Assembly (NCBI GenBank): GCA_049997815.1
Contig: JBEKVQ010000002.1
Location: 10,483 to 74,482, forward strand
Direction of reading: 5' to 3'
DNA: 64,000 bases
DNA from: Minisyncoccia bacterium
GTDB lineage: Bacteria > Patescibacteriota > Minisyncoccia > UBA6257 > GWB1-50-10
Below are positions 1 through 8,502 of this stretch, one piece after another; within the stretch, counting starts at the first letter, position 1; every line of letters starts with the position of its first letter. Made by a program: the position numbers and the translations under genes. The notes beneath the pieces were generated by a model, which saw only the letters and a list, made by a program, of their open reading frames with translations, was not told the origin of the DNA and made no database searches.

Positions 1-164
1 ACTGCGAACGCAGCTGCCTGGGTAGTTTTTTGCCCACTACCGTTTGGGGCCGTTCTCATCGATGTTCTGAGAAGAACGGAATGAATATAGTATAAAATAT
101 GAAGAATGTCAAGATATGTTGTTTCTCCCTTGCCACTCCTCATCTCTTACCGGATACTTAGTTC

Positions 165-740
165 GTGGTAAGCATCTTCGGATATCTTTCGGGCGCGGCA
201 ATCCTCGCTTCATACATTCCCTATATCAGGGATATTTTTCTCAACAAAACCAAACCCGAAAGGATGTCCTGGCTCATCTGGGCCGTTCTTGGCTCAATCG
301 CCCTCTTCTCTCAACTCGCCAAGGGAGCGTCATGGTCTTTGATTTTGACCGGCGCTGAGACGGTTGGAGAATTATTTGTTTTCTTTCTCGCTATCAAATA
401 CGGCTTCGGCGGATTTCTTAAAAGAGACATTATCGCCCTTATCGGCGCCGGTCTTGGATTATTACTCTGGTACCTAACGAATGAGCCCGCGGTGGCGCTC
501 TTTATAGTTATCGCAATCGACTTGATGGGCTCGATTCTTACGGTTATGAAGTCCTATGAGAATCCCAGCACGGAAACCGCAAGCGGTTGGGCGCTCACTC
601 TTTTGGGTGGAATTTTTGGTTGTCTGGCCGTGGGGAATCTGAATTTCATCCTCCTGGCCTTCCCGCTCTATACCTGTGTTTCGAGTCTGGCGACTCTAGT
701 AGCGATGGAATTGGGAGAGCGAGCCCGCACTAATCCATAA
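165..740 (+). CDS. Multi-pass membrane protein (PQ-loop-like, PY..DI...TKP motif)
   Basis: 191-aa ORF with ~6-7 hydrophobic segments; start codon uncertain. Confidence 0.7.
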   Translation: MVSIFGYLSGAAILASYIPYIRDIFLNKTKPERMSWLIWAVLGSIALFSQLAKGASWSLILTGAETVGELFVFFLAIKYGFGGFLKRDIIALIGAGLGLLLWYLTNEPAVALFIVIAIDLMGSILTVMKSYENPSTETASGWALTLLGGIFGCLAVGNLNFILLAFPLYTCVSSLATLVAMELGERARTNP

Positions 741-785
741 CTTTACGCGTAGGAGGGGGAGGGGTAGGATGAAAATAAGAAAACA

Positions 786-1817
786 ATGAAACAGATAGAC
801 ATTTTTAAAAAAATAAATAGGAACGCATTTAACGAAAAACTCATTCATCGTTACCTTTTCGAGCGTTATTATTTTGGTTCTTCTCAACAAAGAAAGGGTC
901 TATTACCCGATAAGTTCCATAGAAGCAAAGTAAATCTTATCGTTCCCGAGGGTTCGAAAGTAGAGGCGAAATATAGAGCTGACTTAGAAATATTTTTCAG
1001 GGGTAGAGAAAAAGGCGTGCCGGTGGAGGTGAAATGGCATCTAAATGATTTCAAAAAGGACAATCAGAAGAACTATATAAAAGAACATAACGGCTTCGTC
1101 GTTGTATTAGGCGAGACCGAAGAAAAAACACATGAAGGCATAGACGTTGTACAAATAAATCATGAAGATTTTGCTGATTGGGTTTCAGAAAATATATCTC
1201 GACTATCGCGCGAGTCGCTAATATATCAAGCAGGTAGCAGTAAATTATCTGACAGAACCCAATACTGGGTTGCGTTTCTTTTGGGTGGAAATAATGGGTC
1301 TGCTGTAAAGCATTTTAGAAAGATGCTTACCACTAGGGCAAAAAATTATCCATTCTGGGCCTTTAAGCAAGACCGTAAGGCTCTCCAACACATATTTGAC
1401 ATGCAAAGAGGTGACAAGATTTTATTTATTTTCGCAAAAGCGCCAGGTGGTAACCAAGCCCTGTCGAACGATAAGAGGAAAGAAATTCTAATCTGTAGAT
1501 ATTATTTCTGCGAGATTATTGAACCATATTATATGGCTCTCGATAGCTAGAGGGGTCTATTTTTCGAGAAAGATATGGCCAATAGAGATTATGTTGAGAT
1601 AGGAGATAGAAAGTGGCCGCACTTTATTGATTTCAAGATTGGTACAGGTAGAAGAAAATATGAGAAGGATTTATACCTAAATTTTGGAAAGATGGGCGTG
1701 TTTGCTGAGCCATTTTCGGGTTCTTTCAATCACGGTGGTGGGACACCATACCCCCTATCTAGGGCGCAATTTGAAGTGTTAAAAGACAGGCTCTATAAAA
1801 TTGTTGAAGGAAAATAA
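786..1817 (+). pseudogene. Putative PD-(D/E)xK nuclease with C-terminal EVE/PUA-like region, interrupted by one in-frame TAG at 1548-1550
   Basis: ORFs 786-1550 and 1575-1817 are in the same frame, separated only by TAG plus 8 sense codons; motif RADLEIF...VEVKW; AT-rich. Confidence 0.55.
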
Positions 1818-1854
1818 CTTTATGAAGTTCTCGTTAGGGTGCTAAAATTAAGTT

Positions 1855-2175
1855 ATGGCTCTAATAAAATGTAGCGAATGTGGTAAAGATGTTTCTGACA
1901 AGGCGCATTCTTGCCCGAATTGTGGTCATCCGATAAATCCGGCCAACAACCCCCTTAAAATTGAGCCAGAACTGACGAGTAAAAGATGGAAGAGGGTGAA
2001 ATTAATTGCTTGGGGAATGATTTTGGTGGGTTTCCTTATTTTAGGGGCGAGTGGCGGTTCTTGGGGTTCAATGAATGCGGGCTTCTCGCTTGGCCTTAGT
2101 TTGGTGCTTATCGGCATCATAGTTTTAATTATTGGGAGAATAGGGGCTTGGTACGCAGATAAAAGGACAAGATAG
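1855..2175 (+). CDS. Zinc-ribbon membrane protein
   Basis: MALIKCSECG...CPNCG double CxxC followed by two TM helices. Confidence 0.8.
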   Translation: MALIKCSECGKDVSDKAHSCPNCGHPINPANNPLKIEPELTSKRWKRVKLIAWGMILVGFLILGASGGSWGSMNAGFSLGLSLVLIGIIVLIIGRIGAWYADKRTR

Positions 2176-2178
2176 TTT

Positions 2179-2511
2179 ATGGATTTAACAGTATTCAGCG
2201 AACAAAACTTTCTTATATTTATCCTGCCTGGGTTTATTACCGTTTGGACGTTTCGGTATTTCACCAATTCTAAGAAATCCGGTGACTTAGAATTTTTAAT
2301 TCTCTCTTTCATTTGGGGTTTTCTGATTCTATTGTTTAACGAGTGGACATCAGCGAAAGTAGAACTTGATAAACTCTTACAAAATCCATATGCCGTCGCT
2401 CTTACGTTCGGGATTTTTGGTTTTGTTTTTGGATTGTTTGGAGCTCAGGTTGTTCAATGGAAATGGTTTAGAAATATGACTAATTGGTTGAAATCAAGCT
2501 GGCTTTTTTAA
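2179..2511 (+). CDS. Small membrane protein
   Basis: Three hydrophobic segments, ILPGFI motif; directly follows previous ORF. Confidence 0.7.
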   Translation: MDLTVFSEQNFLIFILPGFITVWTFRYFTNSKKSGDLEFLILSFIWGFLILLFNEWTSAKVELDKLLQNPYAVALTFGIFGFVFGLFGAQVVQWKWFRNMTNWLKSSWLF

Positions 2512-2703
2512 TCCCCTTAAAATTTTTGAACCGGAGTTTTGAAAATGCAGATTTTTTGTTTTGGAGTATAATTAGAACATTATGACTATAGAAAAAAAGA
2601 CTTGCAGGCGCGGGCACGAATACAAGGCCACCCTTTCTTATTGCCCAATCTGTTGGCCGGCAAAGAAGGCGAAGAAAAAAAAGCGGAAAAAACAATAAAC
2701 AAC

Positions 2704-3147
2704 ATGAAAAAACCATACATCATTGTCGCAGTCGTAATCGTCGTCATCATCGCGATTTATTTCATAGTTTCGGGCGGGAGTTCCAATCCGTCTCCGAGCG
2801 CTCCGGCAGCCGCCAATCCGGCGCCCGCCGCAACGGCCCCGTCATCGCCGATCCCCGGCAAGGTCTATCCGACCGCCAATCCGACTCTCTCCAAAGTTAC
2901 CATCAGCATAAAGAACTTCGCGTTCAACCCGTCGTCGCTGAAGATAAAACCGAAGACGGAAGTAACGTGGGTCAATAACGATACCACCACCCATACGGTT
3001 ACATACGATTCCGGCAATCTCTTCGATTCTGGGCCCATCCCTCCGGGCAAATCATTCAGTTTCACTTTCCAGGACATCGGTCTCATCAGCTACCATTGCA
3101 GTATTCACCCGTCGATGAAGGGGACCATCAACGTTTCGAACTTCTAA
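2704..3147 (+). CDS. Cupredoxin/plastocyanin-like copper-binding protein
   Basis: N-terminal TM anchor, FNPSSLKI, HTVT, YHCSIHPSM copper ligands; ATG at 2704 chosen. Confidence 0.9.
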   Translation: MKKPYIIVAVVIVVIIAIYFIVSGGSSNPSPSAPAAANPAPAATAPSSPIPGKVYPTANPTLSKVTISIKNFAFNPSSLKIKPKTEVTWVNNDTTTHTVTYDSGNLFDSGPIPPGKSFSFTFQDIGLISYHCSIHPSMKGTINVSNF

Positions 3148-3623
3148 TGATATTGAAAATAGGAGAACCTGCCCCCAGTTTCGAATTGCCGGATCAGAAC
3201 GGTCAGGTCCGCCGTTTAAAGGACTATCGTGGAAGTTGGGTGCTTTTGTACTTCTATCCGAAGGACGACACGCCGGGGTGCACGAAAGAAGCCTGTGCCA
3301 TTCGCGACAACTTCCCGGATTTTCAGGAACTGGAACTCAAGGTTCTGGGCGTAAGCATCGACTCGGTGGAGAGCCACGAGAAGTTCGCCGAAAAATACGA
3401 CCTGCCCTTCACGCTTTTATCCGACGAGAAGAAAGAAGTGGTCGGGAAGTACGGCGTTTGGGGCAAGAAGATGTTTCTGGGCCGGGAGTTCGAGGGCACG
3501 CTTCGGACCTCGTTCCTCATCGACCCGGAGGGGAAGATAGCCAAGATTTACGAGGACGTTAAGCCCGAGATTCACGCGAAAGAAGTTTTGAATTTCTTCC
3601 AACAAGGTCAAGCCGAGCGATAG
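3147..3623 (+). CDS. bcp: Thioredoxin-dependent peroxiredoxin Bcp
   Basis: YFYPKDDTPGCTKEAC motif; ATG overlaps the upstream TAA. Confidence 0.93.
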   Translation: MILKIGEPAPSFELPDQNGQVRRLKDYRGSWVLLYFYPKDDTPGCTKEACAIRDNFPDFQELELKVLGVSIDSVESHEKFAEKYDLPFTLLSDEKKEVVGKYGVWGKKMFLGREFEGTLRTSFLIDPEGKIAKIYEDVKPEIHAKEVLNFFQQGQAER

Positions 3624-3629
3624 AATTCG

Positions 3630-4451
3630 TCAGTTTATACTCTCCGCGCTGTAACGGGCGATGAGACCGGTGCGGATGGCTTTTCGATAGACCAAGAGGA
3701 AAACCCCATAGGCGAGAACGATATAAACGAGAGCCAGAAGAATTCCCCAAATGAGCGTGACAGCGGAAAATCCCTGTCCGCTCACGATGCCGCGGATACC
3801 CTCGAAAACGTACGAAGACGGAAGAATTTTTCCTATGAATTGCATCCACTGGGGCAGGGTCGAGAGCGGGTAGAATACCCCCACGAAAGGAGAAAGCAGG
3901 GCGGGAATGGGCCACACGAACCATTCGGCCGGCGGTCCGAGTCGGAGCACGATACTGATACCGAAAATACCCAGAGCGATGCCGAAAAGGAAAAGGATAA
4001 CAATGAACAACGCGAGCGAGGCGCCATAGATGAAGACGGAAAGCCCGAAGGCGAGAGCCGCGAGAACGAGCATCGCGATCAAGGCAAACACGCTCCGGCC
4101 GATGCTCGTGATAACGAGGCCCGTGATATATTCGAATATTCGGAGCGGCGAGGCGAACATGTTCAGAAAGTTCCGGGACCAGACATCTTCGAAGAACGAC
4201 ATGGTAACGCCCTGCATGACCTGGCCCTGGAAGTCCCACAGGAGCACGGCGCCCAGAAAGAGCGGAATGAAGTTCAGGCCGGAGCCGGAAATTCCGTTCA
4301 GATACTTGCTGATGAATCCCCAAGTCGCGATGTCGACGGTAAGCCAGATGAATATTTGGAAGAAGCGGATCGGGCTGCCCTTAATGAGATAGATCTGGCG
4401 GAGAAAAATTGCGTAGATTCTTTTTAGGCTCATGTTTTTATACGGATTCAA
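3630..4451 (-). CDS. ABC-2 type transporter permease
   Basis: Six TM segments, FYPLSTLP motif; coupled to adjacent ATPase. Confidence 0.9.
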   Translation of the reverse strand: MNPYKNMSLKRIYAIFLRQIYLIKGSPIRFFQIFIWLTVDIATWGFISKYLNGISGSGLNFIPLFLGAVLLWDFQGQVMQGVTMSFFEDVWSRNFLNMFASPLRIFEYITGLVITSIGRSVFALIAMLVLAALAFGLSVFIYGASLALFIVILFLFGIALGIFGISIVLRLGPPAEWFVWPIPALLSPFVGVFYPLSTLPQWMQFIGKILPSSYVFEGIRGIVSGQGFSAVTLIWGILLALVYIVLAYGVFLLVYRKAIRTGLIARYSAESIN

Positions 4452-5187
4452 GTATCAGCGGTTCGCGGGCGATTGCGATGAAAAGCTCTTCGAGATTCTT
4501 TTTACCGTGCTCCCGCGGGAGCGTCTTCGGGTCTCCCTCGAGAAGGATCTTGCCGTGCGAGAGGAAGAGAATTCGGTCGCAGACGTCGGACACCTCGTAC
4601 ATATTGTGGGATGTCCAAAGGATTCCTCCCGCCCCTTGAGTGGCGTAGTCCCTGATCTTTTGCCGCATGATCTGGGCCGTTGACGGATCAAGCGAGGCGG
4701 TCGGCTCATCGAGGAGGAGAAGATACGGCTTATTGAGCATCGCCTTCGCCAAACCAACCCTCGTCTGTTCGCCCGAGGAGAGCACGCCGCACCTAACATC
4801 CCTGAAATTTTCCAAGTCAAACTCCGTGATGATTTCATCTATGCGCTGGCGTAAGTTCGGCACATTATAGATCAGTCCGAATATGTAGAGATTCTGGAGT
4901 ACGGTGAGGTTACCGGGGACTTGGGTATAGACCGCCGCAAAGTTCGTTCGTGAGAGTGTCTTACTCCGATGCTTGGAAATATCGTCTCCCCCGATGCGGA
5001 TCGAACCATCCGTCGGTTTCAAAACGCTGAGAATCGTGTTGATGGTCGTCGTTTTGCCCGCCCCGTTCGGTCCCAAGAGGCCGACTATCTCATTGGGGCG
5101 CACTATAAAAGAAATCCCGTCCACCGCAACGGTTTTTCCGTAAACTTTCTTGAGATTATCCACCCTGAGAACGGGGGTCGTTTCCAT
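4438..5187 (-). CDS. ABC transporter ATP-binding protein
   Basis: GPNGAGKTT Walker A, LSSGE signature, LLLDEPT Walker B; ATG at 5187 chosen. Confidence 0.93.
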   Translation of the reverse strand: METTPVLRVDNLKKVYGKTVAVDGISFIVRPNEIVGLLGPNGAGKTTTINTILSVLKPTDGSIRIGGDDISKHRSKTLSRTNFAAVYTQVPGNLTVLQNLYIFGLIYNVPNLRQRIDEIITEFDLENFRDVRCGVLSSGEQTRVGLAKAMLNKPYLLLLDEPTASLDPSTAQIMRQKIRDYATQGAGGILWTSHNMYEVSDVCDRILFLSHGKILLEGDPKTLPREHGKKNLEELFIAIAREPLILESV

Positions 5188-5237
5188 GGTTCCAGTATAC
5201 CAGTTAAGACCCGGCGTTTGCATCACGGAATGCTAGA

Positions 5238-5474
5238 ATGATAAAAACCCAAATGAGGAATTTTGGACCCGATAATCCGAATCCGCCGAAGCGGGGGGAG
5301 ATAAAGCCCGGGGACGCGGTTTGGGTCATCGAAAAGAAGAACTACGGCACCAAAAACTACACCCAGGGAATCGTGAAGGATGTTCTCTCGCCCGGGAGTT
5401 CCCATCCGCGGGGGATAAAAGTGCGCCTGACGGATGGGACTGTGGGCCGAGTCCAGTGGAAGATGTCCGACTAA
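5238..5474 (+). CDS. YwbE-family small protein
   Basis: TQGIVKDVL...HPRGIKVRLTDGTVGRVQ motif. Confidence 0.85.
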   Translation: MIKTQMRNFGPDNPNPPKRGEIKPGDAVWVIEKKNYGTKNYTQGIVKDVLSPGSSHPRGIKVRLTDGTVGRVQWKMSD

Positions 5475-5500
5475 GCAGGTTTCCGTGTTAGAATGATTTC

Positions 5501-6334
5501 ATGAAAGCCAAGGGGAACGGCAGGGAATTCATCGGCGTCTTCGATTCCGGATTCGGCGGGATAGACGTGCTCCGGGGAATAGTAGAGGAACTGCCCGCCT
5601 ACGACTACGTATATTTGGGAGACACGGCGCGGACGCCCTACGGAACGCGCTCCAAAGAAGTGGTCTATGAATTCACAAAACAGGCCGTGGATTTTCTTTT
5701 TGAAAACAATTGCCGGCTCATCGTGTTTGCCTGCAATACCGCATCGAGCGACGCGCTTCGGAAAATTCAGAAGGAATATTTGCCGAAGCGCTATCCCGGA
5801 AAAAGAGTGCTGGGCGTTCTCATCCCCGCCGCGGAAGAGGCCGTTTCCGAGACGAAGAACAAAAAGATCGGCGTCATCGCGACCGAGGGGACCGTCGCTT
5901 CCGGCGCCTTCGTGCGTGAGCTTTTGAAGCTGGACCCGACGATAAAGATATTCCAGAACGCCTGCCCCCTTCTAGTCCCGATAGTGGAATCGGGCGAGGA
6001 GAATTCCAGGGCTGCGGAACTGATGATTGGGAATTATTTGAAGCCCCTGAAAAGGAAAGGAATAGACACGCTTATTTTGGGATGCACCCATTACGGGATT
6101 TTGGAGAAAAAGATAAGGCGCGCGGTCGGCCCGAAGATGCGGATCGTGTCGGAATCGAAAGTCGTGCCCGAGAAACTTGAGGGATATCTCACGAGGCATC
6201 CGGAGATAGAAAGGGACTTGGGAAAAAATGGAACGGTCCGCTTCTATTCCACCGACCTGACGGACAAGTTTACCCGGCTGGGAAGCCGATTCTTCGGCCG
6301 GAAGATGGAGGCGCAAAAGGTAAAACTGGGATGA
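5501..6334 (+). CDS. murI: Glutamate racemase
   Basis: IGVFDSGFGG, PYG, ACNTAS, LGCTHY motifs. Confidence 0.97.
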   Translation: MKAKGNGREFIGVFDSGFGGIDVLRGIVEELPAYDYVYLGDTARTPYGTRSKEVVYEFTKQAVDFLFENNCRLIVFACNTASSDALRKIQKEYLPKRYPGKRVLGVLIPAAEEAVSETKNKKIGVIATEGTVASGAFVRELLKLDPTIKIFQNACPLLVPIVESGEENSRAAELMIGNYLKPLKRKGIDTLILGCTHYGILEKKIRRAVGPKMRIVSESKVVPEKLEGYLTRHPEIERDLGKNGTVRFYSTDLTDKFTRLGSRFFGRKMEAQKVKLG

Positions 6335-6714
6335 CTGCCGGCATGAATCAAAGGGACTTCGAAAAACTCGTGGAGGAGGGAATAGACCAGATTCCCGAAC
6401 GGTTCTTGGAAAAACTCAAGAATGTGGCAGTCATGGTAGAAGACGAGCCGTCGGATGAACAGCTTCGGGATTTGGGAATGAATAAGGAGGAAGATACGCT
6501 TCTGGGCCTATATGAGGGCGTTTCGAACCTCGAGGGCGGTCATACCCACCGCGATTTTCCGGATCGCATTACCATCTTCCGTTTGCCGATACTGGAGATT
6601 GCCGAGCGGGACGGGGATATCCCAACTATCGTTGCCGATACCGTTCGCCACGAAATCGCCCATCATTTCGGCATGGACGATTACGACATAGAACAAGCCG
6701 AAAAATCCTCATGA
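6331..6714 (+). CDS. Zincin-like metallopeptidase family protein
   Basis: LLGLYEG, PDRITIFR, HEIAHHFG. Confidence 0.88.
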   Translation: MTAGMNQRDFEKLVEEGIDQIPERFLEKLKNVAVMVEDEPSDEQLRDLGMNKEEDTLLGLYEGVSNLEGGHTHRDFPDRITIFRLPILEIAERDGDIPTIVADTVRHEIAHHFGMDDYDIEQAEKSS

Positions 6715-7637
6715 TAAAATTCCGGAAAAACGTTAAACTCGCGCCGCTTTCCACATTCGGAATAGGCGGGTGGGCCGAATATTTTTACGAGGCGGAAACG
6801 CCGGATGAACTGATCGAAACGATAACTCTCGCGAAAAAGCTCAAAATGCCGTTTCGGGTCTTTGCCGGCGGGAGTAATGTGGTTTTCCCCGACGGAAAGC
6901 TTAAAGGACTGCTCATCCGGTTTAAGGGAGGGAAAATATTAGTCAAGAAAAATACGATGATTGCGGATGCGGGCGTGGGTTTGGCGGATGTAATCAGAAT
7001 ATCAATGGGTTCGGGTCTAAGCGGATTGGAAACGCTTTCGGGAATTCCGGGAACCCTGGGCGGGGCCATTGTGGGGAATGCCGGCGCCTACGGTCACTCC
7101 ATCTCCGAGATTGTGAGACGAGTGGAAATTTGGGACCCATTCGACACGGCTCAAGGCAAGCGGCGGTGGCTCAAAAATCCGGAGTGCCGATTCGCGTACC
7201 GGGAAAGTGCGCTGAAGCACGAGCACTGGTTCGTTCTCCGCGCTGAACTAGCTTTTAAGAGGGGAAATAAAACGGAACTTAAAAAGATTTCCCGGGATAT
7301 CATCGGGGTCCGGGAGAGGAAGTATAAGCCAGGACTTAGATGTCCCGGAAGTTTTTTCAAGAATATCCTCGTAAAAGACGTTTCGAAGAGATCTCTGGGC
7401 TTGATAGACAAGGGGAAGATCGTGGAAGGGAAGATACCGGCCGGTTACGTATTGGAAGAGGTCGGCGCAAAGGGAATGCGCCTGGGCGGCATAAGAATAG
7501 CGGATTTTCACGGGAATCTGCTCATAAATACCGGAAAAGCCAAGGCGAAGGACGCGAAAAAACTGGCCAAGCTCTTGAAGGAGCGGGTGAAGCGGAAATT
7601 TGGCATAAAACTGGAGGAAGAAGTGAGATATTTCTAG
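6711..7637 (+). CDS. murB: UDP-N-acetylmuramate dehydrogenase
   Basis: GGSNV, GIPGTLGGA..GNAGAYG, YRES, GSFFKN, LEEEV motifs. Confidence 0.96.
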   Translation: MIKFRKNVKLAPLSTFGIGGWAEYFYEAETPDELIETITLAKKLKMPFRVFAGGSNVVFPDGKLKGLLIRFKGGKILVKKNTMIADAGVGLADVIRISMGSGLSGLETLSGIPGTLGGAIVGNAGAYGHSISEIVRRVEIWDPFDTAQGKRRWLKNPECRFAYRESALKHEHWFVLRAELAFKRGNKTELKKISRDIIGVRERKYKPGLRCPGSFFKNILVKDVSKRSLGLIDKGKIVEGKIPAGYVLEEVGAKGMRLGGIRIADFHGNLLINTGKAKAKDAKKLAKLLKERVKRKFGIKLEEEVRYF

Positions 7638-7640
7638 ATA

Positions 7641-7670
7641 TTGACATTTTGGCTAAAAGTGTGGTATAAT
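7641..7670 (+). promoter_or_regulatory. Sigma70-type promoter
   Basis: TTGACA at 7641 and TG-TATAAT ending 7670, near-consensus. Confidence 0.7.
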
Positions 7671-7723
7671 TTAGCTGGATATTTGGTTAGATTCATATCG
7701 CCCACAACTTATGGAGGTTCCCA

Positions 7724-8065
7724 GTGAGAACCGCAAAACTTGTGATGAGCTTCCTTCTGGCGGTAATCATAGTGTTATTCGCCGCCAACTCGATATTTCG
7801 CGTCGTCAACATTGGCGTGAGCCCACCAAAGAGGGTGAGTCTCGGTAAGATGCTGGTCAATGGACATAACGGCACCCAGTACTGGGTTCTTTATAAAAAA
7901 CCCAATCTGGAGATAAAACTCGGGAGCGAACTCGAGGAAATTATCGGTAACAGCAGGGTTGAGGAGGTTCACTTCGTTCAGGGGCTCGGCTGGATGGGTC
8001 AGCCCATGAAGTTCGAGGCGGTTACCTGGAAGCGGGACAGTGGATTTTCCAGGGTGGGGGTTTAA
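7724..8065 (+). CDS. Hypothetical protein with N-terminal TM/signal
   Basis: GGAGG RBS before GTG; upstream TTGACA-N17-TATAAT promoter. Confidence 0.65.
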   Translation: MRTAKLVMSFLLAVIIVLFAANSIFRVVNIGVSPPKRVSLGKMLVNGHNGTQYWVLYKKPNLEIKLGSELEEIIGNSRVEEVHFVQGLGWMGQPMKFEAVTWKRDSGFSRVGV

Positions 8066-8150
8066 GCCCCAAGCAAGATTTTGGCGCTCGTGCATTTATT
8101 TGTACGAGCGCTAGCCATTTTTGTTCAGCTCTCTTCCGAAATGGGCTATA

Positions 8151-8501
8151 ATGGAACCAATGGCTTTAGCCTATTTGGTCAGGCGATTTTTCTATCGCAT
8201 CATCGATTTTTTGCGCCATTGGTACATCCGGAGCGCGAAGATGTATTCCAACTTCGTTCTGGACCGACTGGCCCGGATCGACCGGGTGCTTGCTTGGCGC
8301 GTGAACCTGAAATATCTTTTTCAGCCGCTCTATCGGGATTACTCCGTCATCGGTTACGTGATGGGTTTCCTTTTGAGGTCATTGAGATTGGCCGGAATTA
8401 GCGTTATCTACCTTTTTATCTTCGCCATAGCCATCTTTGTTTACGTGGTTTGGCTTCTGGCGCCCATTTTCATATTATCCAAGGTTCTGACTGCCAATTA
8501 A
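8151..8501 (+). CDS. Small membrane protein coupled to membrane-anchored Clp ATPase
   Basis: LFQPLYRD motif and C-terminal TM helices; stop 1 nt before next ATG; start uncertain. Confidence 0.75.
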   Translation: MEPMALAYLVRRFFYRIIDFLRHWYIRSAKMYSNFVLDRLARIDRVLAWRVNLKYLFQPLYRDYSVIGYVMGFLLRSLRLAGISVIYLFIFAIAIFVYVVWLLAPIFILSKVLTAN

Positions 8502-8502
8502 C

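Noticed and set aside
1548-1550. Genome-wide stop-codon reassignment or pyrrolysine
   Set aside because: TAG and TGA end many conserved genes here (murB, argS, ileS with TAG; murI, rplT with TGA) and no pyl genes are seen.
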